A stretch of DNA of 64,000 nt from Marinicella sp. GTDB lineage: Bacteria > Pseudomonadota > Gammaproteobacteria > Xanthomonadales > Marinicellaceae. The DNA is taken from the NCBI GenBank assembly GCA_965230295.1, contig OZ246001.1:640001-704000 (forward strand), written 5' to 3'. The notes beneath the pieces are model-generated. The model was not told the origin of the DNA. It was given only the letters and a program-made list of their open reading frames with translations, and searched no databases. Below are positions 18,967 to 27,410 of the stretch, one piece after another. Both the position numbers and the translations under genes were made by a program. Positions within the stretch are counted from its first letter, which is position 1, and every line of letters starts with the position of its first letter.

Positions 18967-19829
18967 GGTTGAAACTCTGATAAGTTGAGGTTAAGGTTCA
19001 TTTTACGGCCATTTCGCATCACCGTAACATTCACATCTGCATTGCTTTCTAATTGTTTTTGGAGGGTCAGGATGTTTTGATAGGATATCTCCACACCATT
19101 AACCGCTACAATTTGATCATTGGAGCGCAAACCTTGTTTGACCAATGCACTGCTGCCGGATAATTGGGAAACCCGCAAGCCGGCAATTTGTCCCTGATTG
19201 TCTCTGACCACACTGACCTTACTGGCCATTTGTGCGATTTTATTCGGATCATACTTCTGCTGATCTAACATCTCTTGCCAGTCAGATGACTTTTTGATGT
19301 GATTTGCTATCCGTTGGGATGATGCTTCACGGTTAGCCACAGTTGGATTTTTTCTGGGTTGGGTGCTGGTTGAAATGTTGCGGCCTTTACTGAGGGACAA
19401 CTTTTCATTGCGATTGCCTGAACGCTTAAGCACCAAATGGTCATCATGGATGGCTGCCAGTTCAGCCAAACCAAATACATCGTCGCCGACTTGAAACTTC
19501 TTCTCATCACCTTGGGTATTGCGTATATAAGCACGACCTTGAGCAGGATCATCACTGGCAAAAATACCAGTCACGATCAGATTCAAAGCCGTTTCACCTT
19601 GCAGTAAATCAAGCGGTAACTCGGTTTCTGAAGAGGAACCAAATAGGTGGTAAGTGGATGGCTTTGGGCGTTGGTTGAAACTGGTCAGTTGAGTGGGTCT
19701 TGCAGTGACGGCTTCGATGTCACTTGCCTGGTGTTTGGGGAACAAAACAAACTGCACCCACAACCAAGCAATCAGCCCCAGCAGCACCCAAGTAATGATT
19801 GGTTTTAAATGTTTTTTGTAACTACTCAA
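18963..19829 (-). CDS. gspC: type II secretion protein C (HR + PDZ)
   Basis: N-terminal TM, HLFG/LIVTGIF homology region, C-terminal PDZ-like GLRSNDQIVAVNG. Confidence 0.85.
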   Translation of the reverse strand: MSSYKKHLKPIITWVLLGLIAWLWVQFVLFPKHQASDIEAVTARPTQLTSFNQRPKPSTYHLFGSSSETELPLDLLQGETALNLIVTGIFASDDPAQGRAYIRNTQGDEKKFQVGDDVFGLAELAAIHDDHLVLKRSGNRNEKLSLSKGRNISTSTQPRKNPTVANREASSQRIANHIKKSSDWQEMLDQQKYDPNKIAQMASKVSVVRDNQGQIAGLRVSQLSGSSALVKQGLRSNDQIVAVNGVEISYQNILTLQKQLESNADVNVTVMRNGRKMNLNLNLSEFQP

Positions 19830-19999
19830 GGAGCCTCTGAAAAATGTCTAAAATCTTTACTTGGCATGAATCTCATTTCAAGCACTGCTTTGGGTCATTT
19901 TAAGGTGCGGTGAGCAACTTTGCAATAACCCAGAACAATCTTAAAACAGTTCAGGATTTTACCGAATTCGGCTTTTTTGAGGCTCCTGGATTCAATCCA

Positions 20000-21772
20000 T
20001 CAAAACTCTGCTTCAGTGATGTCCATTAAGGTCTGGGCACCCGTCATGATGGTGGCTTTCAATGAATGACATCTGGGTAGAATTTTATTGAAGTAAAAGG
20101 CAGCAGTTTTCTTTTTTCCACTGTAAAAATCTGCACCCAACTGACCTTTGTTGTTTTCTGCTGAGGCATACATTTGTGCCCAGAAATAGGCCAGGACCAC
20201 ATAGCCAGACAACATCAGGTAATCCACTGATGCAGCACCCACTTCGTCTGGATTCTGCATGGCTTGACCAACGATGTGTTGTGTCACCTCTTGCCACATA
20301 TTGAGGTAACTTTGTAAATCATCATTCAACGGTGTGTTGTTGTCGTTGATGAAGGCCTGAATCAAATCAGCTATTTCACCCAATTGGCCTTTTTGCATCA
20401 TCAACATTTTACGCCCTGTCAGGTCAAGTGCCTGAATGCCGGTTGTGCCTTCATATAAGGTGAAAATCTTGGCATCACGGTGCCATTGTTCCTGGCCATG
20501 TTCACGGATGTAACCGTGTCCACCGTAAACCTGAACACCATAATTGGTGGCTTCCATCGCGACTTCGGTTAAAAATGCTTTGATGATGGGCGTTAAGAAT
20601 GCCAACAGTTGTTCTGCTTTTTGCACCTCATCAGCATCCTGACTGTGTTTGATCACTTCAATTTTTTGACCCACAAAATAAGCCATCGCACGGTTACCTT
20701 CGGCAAAGGCTTTTTGAGTCAACAACATGCGTCTGACATCGGCATGAACGATGATTGGGTCAGCCGGTTTATTGGGTAATTTAGGTCCTGTGGCAGAGCG
20801 CATTTGTAAACGGTCTTTGGCATAGGCCAAAGCATTTTCATAGGATGCTTGGGTGGCTGACAAACCTTGAATGCCGGTGTTTAAGCGTGCGCCATTCATC
20901 ATGGTAAACATGATTTTTAAACCATCATTGCCTTCGCCGATCAAATAACCTTTGGCATCATCAAAGTTCATCACACAGGTGGCCGAGCCATTCAAGCCCA
21001 TTTTGTGTTCAATACTCGCTGCTGCCAATGAATTGCGTTCACCCACTTCGTTGTTTTCATTCAACATGAATTTAGGCACCAAAAACAAAGAGATGCCCTT
21101 GGTCCCTTTGGGCGCATCCGGCAATCTGGCCAACACCAAATGAACGATGTTGTCTGCCAAATCATGCTCACCGGAGGTGATGAAAATTTTGGTACCTGTG
21201 ATTGCATAGAGCTTATCGTCAAGCGGTTTTGCCGAGGTGTTCACCAAACCCAAATCTGTACCACAGTGAGGCTCGGTCAGACACATCGTACCTGTCCATT
21301 CACCGGTGGTTAATTTGGGTAAGAACTGCTGTTTATGTAAGTCAGAAGCGAAATGCTCAATCAATTCCCGGGCACCATGGGTTAATCCCGGGTAGTTAGA
21401 CCAACCTGGACAGTAATAAGTGTTGAGCTCGCCCAAAATCAACTGCAACCAATAACTCAAACCTTGGCCACCATATTCAGGGTCACCATCCAATGAAGCC
21501 CATCCAGATTCGCAATAGTCTTTATAAAGTTGTTTAAAGCCATCTGGTGTGGTCACAGTATCGCCTTCATGACGACATGCCTGCTCATCGGCATTGCGAT
21601 TTAGGGGGCCTGCATTTTCATGCAAAAACTTTGAGGCTTCTTCCACAATGGTCATGAATGTTTCGGCATCGATCTCTTCATGCACACCGAGGTTTTGATA
21701 ATGAGAAGTGAGGTCAAGCACTTCATCGGCTATGAACTGAATGTCTTTAATTGGTGCGGGTATATTGGCCAT
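20000..21772 (-). CDS. acyl-CoA dehydrogenase (about 590-aa class)
   Basis: MCLTEPHCGTDLG, GTKIFIT, EHKMG, QVYGGHGYI, YEGTTGIQALDL. Confidence 0.93.
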   Translation of the reverse strand: MANIPAPIKDIQFIADEVLDLTSHYQNLGVHEEIDAETFMTIVEEASKFLHENAGPLNRNADEQACRHEGDTVTTPDGFKQLYKDYCESGWASLDGDPEYGGQGLSYWLQLILGELNTYYCPGWSNYPGLTHGARELIEHFASDLHKQQFLPKLTTGEWTGTMCLTEPHCGTDLGLVNTSAKPLDDKLYAITGTKIFITSGEHDLADNIVHLVLARLPDAPKGTKGISLFLVPKFMLNENNEVGERNSLAAASIEHKMGLNGSATCVMNFDDAKGYLIGEGNDGLKIMFTMMNGARLNTGIQGLSATQASYENALAYAKDRLQMRSATGPKLPNKPADPIIVHADVRRMLLTQKAFAEGNRAMAYFVGQKIEVIKHSQDADEVQKAEQLLAFLTPIIKAFLTEVAMEATNYGVQVYGGHGYIREHGQEQWHRDAKIFTLYEGTTGIQALDLTGRKMLMMQKGQLGEIADLIQAFINDNNTPLNDDLQSYLNMWQEVTQHIVGQAMQNPDEVGAASVDYLMLSGYVVLAYFWAQMYASAENNKGQLGADFYSGKKKTAAFYFNKILPRCHSLKATIMTGAQTLMDITEAEF

Positions 21773-21774
21773 AA

Positions 21775-21792
21775 TTCAAACGTTTGTTTTAA
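21775..21792. promoter_or_regulatory. PsrA-like operator abutting the acyl-CoA dehydrogenase start
   Basis: TTCAAACGTTTGTTTTAA fits the AAAC-N4-GTTT palindrome of PsrA-type fatty-acid regulators; lies 2 nt upstream of the ATG. Confidence 0.7.
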
Positions 21793-21929
21793 AAAGAAAA
21801 GCATTTTAACATTGCTTATGTGAGAATAAAATAAACCAGCAGTAAATTTTGTGACTAAATCGAACAGCCGCTGGGTCAGTCTGCTCTACTTATGTGAAAT
21901 TGGGAAAAAACACACGAAGGTATATGCCT

Positions 21930-22570
21930 TGAATTCACGGAAAGCTGCTAAGCAGTTTGACCCGCCGAGCCGGTTAGGCAAATCATGCAATCATGGCGAT
22001 TTTGCAAAGCAAAGAAGCCTTGATGTAATGATTGATTAGCCGTGAGCTTTTGTTATAGCGGCCGCTATCGCTCCTAGCTATCGCGGCAGACCTACATCCA
22101 TGTAGTCACCTCTGATACCGGCATCCTGCCTCCTCAGAGGACTTACTTCCATGTAAGCCAATCAGAGGCGAAGAGAATAGCCAATGAGCATATGGTGATT
22201 TGACGAAGTCAAGAAACCTTATGTGAATGGCGTTATAGCACAGGCAATGAAAGTTGGGCGGTTTTATCGAAGATAAAGAAGCCCGATTTGAATGCCGCAG
22301 TGCGTGCGAGGTAGCAAGTCTTGTTCGCCTCGGCAGCTACCGCATCGATCCCCAGGACGGGGTGAATGCAGAGAATTGTTGGGAACAATTCCTGCCTGCT
22401 ATCGCTGCATACTTACATCCATGTAAGCAGTCGTTTTCACTTTTGTCTGGAACAGACATGCAGTGCGAAGCAACTGCTCAGACAATAGTCTGTAAAGGTC
22501 GGTTTATTTGCGCAGCAAATATGAAGACCTGTCAGACCATGAACCAGAATGAAGCCCCAAGAACATTCCT
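21930..22570. repeat. mosaic of nested short palindromic/hairpin elements, including the right part of a MITE-like element
   Basis: Three CTTACATCCATGTAAG-type palindromes (22092, 22142, 22412); four GRT/GAA hairpin modules; 24-bp identity and a shared terminus with the 61.2-kb element. Confidence 0.8.
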
Positions 22571-22572
22571 TT

Positions 22573-23697
22573 TTAAAATGACTTGAGCGCTGACAAAAGT
22601 GCTTGATTCACCAGATCAATCCCGGCATTGTTGAAATGTGTTGGATCTCCAAAATACTGGCACGATTTTTTATCGGCAAACAAATCACGCAAGTCGATTA
22701 ACTTAAAATTTGGGTGATCATCAAAAGCGGCAATGATTTGTTGGGTAATGATTCCCGCATTTTGCGGTTTGTAGATGTAATCATGTGACTCATGTTCTGG
22801 CAACAACAACAAAACAAAATCTTTATTTTGTTGCAAGACATGGTCAATCAAAGTCGTCCAATTCTTGATCAATTGTGCCTGATTTTTCACCGGAGGCACC
22901 GGTAAATTTTTAGCGGCCCTCAGTTTTGCTATCGGGGTGCTGCAACTGCGATGTATAAAACTGAAGCCATCTAACTCAGTCACTGTGTGATCGATCACAC
23001 GGGTACTTTGAATGCAATCATCGATGGTTTTTAAAGGGTGTGCACACAGGTCATCTTTAACTTCTTTTTTGAAATTCAAAATGGCATCAATTGAGCCTTT
23101 TCTATTGGCGTATCTAATCCTGTTAAACCTGAATTTCGGGTTGTTAATGAATGCTTTTATGTCTGCAAAGTAAGTGACCCATGCCAACGAATAAAAGTGT
23201 CTTAACCACTCGTCATAAGGATGCAACGGCCGATAATTATCAAAATCCATGAATGCTTTGAAAGGCCATGCAACCTTGTATTGCTTATTCATATAGCTGT
23301 AATGAGCAAAGCCGTTTTCACTGATGCCAAGCATCACGCCTTGAAGTGAAGACATGTTCGCCATTGACCAGTCAATGGTGGTTTGGATGGACACAAAGTT
23401 AGCACTGCCAAATGACATTCGGGTGTGGACCAAACCTTGTTTCTGGCGTAACGCTGCAACATGTTGGTGGTTGATGCCCCAGTCCACCCTTGAATCGCCC
23501 ACTGTAATCCAGTTGATTTGATCAAGACCCTGGGACTCAATGGCTTTCAATCTATAGGTGACATCTCCTAAAAAAGATTCAGGCTTAACCCATTTGTCAT
23601 ACCACCCCACTCTGAGCATGATTTCGGTGATTAAAAACAAGCCCAGCAACACCACCCAGGGTAACCAGAATTTTTTATGTTTAAAAAATGACCACAT
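22573..23697 (-). CDS. membrane-anchored SGNH-hydrolase-like partner of the MBOAT protein
   Basis: N-terminal TM, GDSR (block I Ser), C-terminal DPTH (DxxH); directly downstream of the MBOAT gene. Confidence 0.65.
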   Translation of the reverse strand: MWSFFKHKKFWLPWVVLLGLFLITEIMLRVGWYDKWVKPESFLGDVTYRLKAIESQGLDQINWITVGDSRVDWGINHQHVAALRQKQGLVHTRMSFGSANFVSIQTTIDWSMANMSSLQGVMLGISENGFAHYSYMNKQYKVAWPFKAFMDFDNYRPLHPYDEWLRHFYSLAWVTYFADIKAFINNPKFRFNRIRYANRKGSIDAILNFKKEVKDDLCAHPLKTIDDCIQSTRVIDHTVTELDGFSFIHRSCSTPIAKLRAAKNLPVPPVKNQAQLIKNWTTLIDHVLQQNKDFVLLLLPEHESHDYIYKPQNAGIITQQIIAAFDDHPNFKLIDLRDLFADKKSCQYFGDPTHFNNAGIDLVNQALLSALKSF

Positions 23698-23698
23698 A

Positions 23699-25108
23699 TC
23701 AGAACTGGAAATACATGAATGATTCGGCTTCCTGCGCACCAAAAAACACCAACAACAAGAGGAACAGTGATTGCCAGGTGACGTATGTCATGGTGCCCAT
23801 TTGGGTACAACGTTCAGCAAAACCATAATTAAAAGTCACTTTATGTAGCACCATTAAACCAACGACCAACGGGAACCCGAAACCATAAAAATCACTCAGT
23901 CTAACACCACCACTCATGGTAAAGATGTTTTCAATCATTTGAGTGCTTTGAGAAAAATCTTCCGCCCTGAAGAAAATCCACGCAAAACACACCAGATTAA
24001 AGACCAACATCCACTTCAATAACCTGACCCACTTAAGCTCTAAATTCCAAGATAAGGCCGGGTATTGTGCCAGTTTTCTTTCAATGGCAAGGTACACCCC
24101 ATGTAAAACACCCCACACGGCAAAGTTCCATGAAGCGCCATGCCATAAACCGCCCAAAAACATGGTTAAAAATAAATTTCTTTGCGTTTTCCAAGACCCC
24201 TTTCTGTTACCACCCAGGCTGATGTAAAGGTAATCTCTCAACCACCTAGATAAAGTCATGTGCCAGCGTCGCCAGAAATCCTGCACAGATAAGGCCACAT
24301 AAGGGTGATTGAAGTTTTTAGGAAACTGGAAGCCCAACAACAAGGCCACACCAATGGCAATGTCGGTATAGCCCGAGAAATCAAAATAGATTTGAAAAGC
24401 GAATGCATACACGGCAATCAGGGTCGTGATACCGCTCACACCTTCAGGATCATTGAAAACCGGATCTGCAATCAGGGCCAAATTATCAGCAAACACCACT
24501 TTTTTCACCAAGCCCAAAGTGATGATGAACACCCCTTTTTGCGCCATGTTAAAACTGAAGTGGCGTTTTTCATCAAGCTGTTGAAAGAATTCGGAGGCCC
24601 GTACAATTGGACCTGCAACCAGCTGAGGGAAAAATGAAACAAACAAAGCATAATCTGAAATTTGATGCCTGGGCGTGAGTTCTTTTCGATAAATATCGAT
24701 TGTGTAACTCAGACTTTGAAAGGTATAAAATGAAATACCAACCGGCAACAAAATATCTATGGCTGCCAACTGGTAATCATAACCAGTTGCCGCCATCACC
24801 TGATTGGCGCTGTTAAACACAAAATTGATGTATTTAAAGAACCCCAATATACCCAGGTTAACCAATAAGCTGATGTTTAAATATTTTCTGGGGTTATCGG
24901 CTTTGAAACACTTCAAACCGATGACGTAATCGGCACAGATGGTGACATAGATCAGAATCAAATAGGTCCAGTTCCACTGTCCATAAAAGAAGGCACTGGC
25001 AGCAACTAAAAACCAAATTTCCAGCCTTTTTGAATAAATCCGACACAATGCACTGACCAGCAACACCACAACCAGAAAAACAAAAAAGTCGACACTGTTA
25101 AAAAGCAA
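23699..25108 (-). CDS. MBOAT family O-acyltransferase (AlgI/DltB-like)
   Basis: LPVGISFYTFQ, FFPQLVAGPI, DFSGYTDIAIG, FWRRWHMTLSRWLRDYLYI, GLWHGA, FMYFQF. Confidence 0.94.
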   Translation of the reverse strand: MLFNSVDFFVFLVVVLLVSALCRIYSKRLEIWFLVAASAFFYGQWNWTYLILIYVTICADYVIGLKCFKADNPRKYLNISLLVNLGILGFFKYINFVFNSANQVMAATGYDYQLAAIDILLPVGISFYTFQSLSYTIDIYRKELTPRHQISDYALFVSFFPQLVAGPIVRASEFFQQLDEKRHFSFNMAQKGVFIITLGLVKKVVFADNLALIADPVFNDPEGVSGITTLIAVYAFAFQIYFDFSGYTDIAIGVALLLGFQFPKNFNHPYVALSVQDFWRRWHMTLSRWLRDYLYISLGGNRKGSWKTQRNLFLTMFLGGLWHGASWNFAVWGVLHGVYLAIERKLAQYPALSWNLELKWVRLLKWMLVFNLVCFAWIFFRAEDFSQSTQMIENIFTMSGGVRLSDFYGFGFPLVVGLMVLHKVTFNYGFAERCTQMGTMTYVTWQSLFLLLLVFFGAQEAESFMYFQF

Positions 25109-25208
25109 ATTTAAATAAAGATCCGTTTACAAATCTTTTGCCAATGAGAAAACTGGATTTTACCAAATAAGCCTTCAGTAGCCAGAATTTATTTTAGACC
25201 ACCACTGA

Positions 25209-26132
25209 TTAACTCTTGATTGCGTTGAAATAGTCTGACATTTCTGCTCGCATGGCTTGATCAGGGACTTGTCCAATCAGAGATTGCATGTTTTCTTGCA
25301 TGTGAGTTAATTGACTGGTGGCAGGAATGGCACAGGTCACTGCTGGATGTGAAATCACGAATTTCAAAAAAAACTGTGCCCAGCTGTCACAACCGATCTC
25401 GCTGGCCCAATCTGGCAGTTGTTTGCCAGCCACACGGGTGAACAGGCCACCTGTCTGGAAAGGCCGGTTGATGATAACCGCAACACCACGATCTTGAGCC
25501 AAAGGCAGCAGGTAGTTTTCTGCTTCCCGATCCTGGATGTTGTAGGTGAATTGTACAAAGTCTATGCGGTGCGACCTGATCAAATCAATCAACTCACTGT
25601 GACGTCGCCCATGCGAAGTGGTGACTCCTGTGTACTTGATTTTCCCCTCAGCTTTCCATTGATTTAAAGTCGTTAAATGCTGCTGCCAATCCAACAGGTT
25701 ATGTACTTGCATCAAGTCCATGTGGTCCAGCCCCCAAAGTTTGATTGACTGATTCATTTGTTCAATGCCCATTCGCTGGCCTGGAATCCATACTTTTGTA
25801 GCAGCAAACAATGATTTTGCCTTGTTCACTTGAGGCAAAACAGCACCCAATAATTGTTGGGCATTCCCATACATCGGTGAGGAATCAATAAGCTGGCCTC
25901 CACCCGCAAAAAATGCCTCAAGTATGGCCACATATTTGTTCAGATTGATTCGTTCTGGAGAATGATCAAAGGTAATCCATGTTCCCATACCTACGGCTGG
26001 AATGGACGCCCCGGTTGAAGGGATGGTTTTTTGCAACAGCAATGAACCATTTTTCGCCAATAAGGAATTTGGAAGTTTTATGGCCAGTCCCATCAAGGCC
26101 ATGGCTTGCAACAGTTTTCTGCGTGTGTACAT
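25209..26132 (-). CDS. aldo/keto reductase with Tat-like signal
   Basis: TRRKLL twin-arginine; GMGTW, IDSSPMYG, ATKVW, DLMQVHNL, IPATS. Confidence 0.88.
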   Translation of the reverse strand: MYTRRKLLQAMALMGLAIKLPNSLLAKNGSLLLQKTIPSTGASIPAVGMGTWITFDHSPERINLNKYVAILEAFFAGGGQLIDSSPMYGNAQQLLGAVLPQVNKAKSLFAATKVWIPGQRMGIEQMNQSIKLWGLDHMDLMQVHNLLDWQQHLTTLNQWKAEGKIKYTGVTTSHGRRHSELIDLIRSHRIDFVQFTYNIQDREAENYLLPLAQDRGVAVIINRPFQTGGLFTRVAGKQLPDWASEIGCDSWAQFFLKFVISHPAVTCAIPATSQLTHMQENMQSLIGQVPDQAMRAEMSDYFNAIKS

Positions 26133-26209
26133 GAATCAATCCACCTCTTGATTGATTATATGGACTGAAATACTTGTGATTGGTTCCCATAGTTTCATTT
26201 ATTCAGACC

Positions 26210-26234
26210 AGAGTGGCGTGTGTGACGCCACTCT
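26210..26234. terminator. hairpin downstream of the 26256-26774 gene
   Basis: AGAGTGGCGT-gtgtg-ACGCCACTCT, perfect 10-bp stem. Confidence 0.55.
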
Positions 26235-26255
26235 TTGTTACCCTTGGTTACCCAC

Positions 26256-26774
26256 TCATTGTTTGATTTTCTTGATCTCATTATTCAACATGAACACTTC
26301 TTTTTCAAACTGTTGTAAGTCGTATTTTTGTTGTAATTGACTCAATTCGTGGTTGTATTCCTTGATACCATATTGGTAGTACAAGTCTTTGATTTCCGCC
26401 TCGAAACCAGGGTAATAAATTCCAAATGATCCGGGGTGCAAGAACGGGCACGACAAACACCTTGGCGGAAATGGTGATTTTAACCAGGCAGCCAAATCCA
26501 GTTCTGGAACGGTACTGGTTCTTGGACCACAAGGCAAAGACCTCGATGGATCGACCGACACGGATCTGGGGTCCGGGGCTCGAGGGAACATGCTCACATA
26601 GTTGGCAATAATGTTCGCTTCGTTTTCCTGGCATGCGGCTTCTGTTTCACCTGCCGGCTGCGCGCTGTGATCATCAGTAAATACCACCAGTGAACTGTAA
26701 CCAGTGGTGAACGATTGTGCCCAAGAACCTGAGAAACCCAGACTTAAGATGGTGATTAATAATATTCTTTTCAT
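26256..26774 (-). CDS. secreted hypothetical protein (Pro-rich middle, CxxC, helical C-terminus)
   Basis: AAGGAG RBS; signal peptide MKRILLITILSLGFSGSWA; CLSC. Confidence 0.75.
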   Translation of the reverse strand: MKRILLITILSLGFSGSWAQSFTTGYSSLVVFTDDHSAQPAGETEAACQENEANIIANYVSMFPRAPDPRSVSVDPSRSLPCGPRTSTVPELDLAAWLKSPFPPRCLSCPFLHPGSFGIYYPGFEAEIKDLYYQYGIKEYNHELSQLQQKYDLQQFEKEVFMLNNEIKKIKQ

Positions 26775-27161
26775 GATTTTACTCCTTAAATAATTAAATT
26801 TTTCTTCACCGATTCAGATCAGTGACGTCAATTTAAGTCGTATAGAAAGCAAAATTCATGACATGCAGGGGGTGCAATTACGACAGCCAGTGATTGAATT
26901 GAGAACAGTTTCACAATATGGCTGAAGCGACGAATCATTTGTCCTTGAACCATTGACAAGTATGGTTATGAACACCAGAGACCAATGTGCTTATTGATTT
27001 AAGTAACCCAACTAAAATATTTTTGTCTCAGTCCCTTTTCAGGTGAGTATGCCTTATAGGCTACACAGGTTTATCAATGATGATGTCATGGTTTTTGTAC
27101 TAATTACGTAATAAATACAGAGGCTCGTGTGAGTCTATTATCTTTAAATTGTGGGGTGTAT

Positions 27162-27401
27162 ATGAGAAAGACAGGATTGTGTGTGATCCTTTTGTTCAGC
27201 CAACTGGCGTTTGGGCAATTGGAGATTAACAAAAAACTGATAGGTCATTCCGGCCAGCAATCAGAAAGTGACAACTATGAGCTGACAGCCAATATTACAC
27301 AGGGCATCAGTAATCAAAATATGTTGTCTGCCAACTATGCGTTGCAAGCTGGTTTCTGGCAGGAGAACACAGATTTAATTTTCAAAAGTGATTTGGATTG
27401 A
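27162..27401 (+). CDS. small secreted protein (79 aa) with C-terminal DLIF motif; putative adaptor
   Basis: Signal peptide ending AFG; YELTANITQ...YALQAGFW; ends TDLIFKSDLD; 9 nt before the fibre gene. Confidence 0.75.
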   Translation: MRKTGLCVILLFSQLAFGQLEINKKLIGHSGQQSESDNYELTANITQGISNQNMLSANYALQAGFWQENTDLIFKSDLD

Positions 27402-27410
27402 GGTGGGGTT

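Noticed and set aside
22176-22239. Integron attC-like hairpin ending GGCGTTATAG (a similar end is at 22052)
   Set aside because: The inverse core RYYYAAC is missing (AATAGCC instead), no cassette ORFs lie between the units, and there is no intI in the window. A degenerate relationship is not excluded; an attC covariance-model search would decide.
22077-22430. CRISPR array suggested by three CATCCATG-type palindromes
   Set aside because: Repeats are only 14-16 bp, spacing is irregular (50 and 270 bp), the intervening sequence is itself structured, and there are no cas genes.
21851-22586. ORFs 21851-22039 and 22254-22586
   Set aside because: They overlie the hairpin/repeat block, start at GTG/TTG without an RBS, and show no recognisable motifs.
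26775-27161. Riboswitch in the 387-bp intergenic region before the adaptor gene
   Set aside because: Only weak hairpins; I recognised no c-di-GMP or other aptamer consensus. An Rfam scan would be needed.
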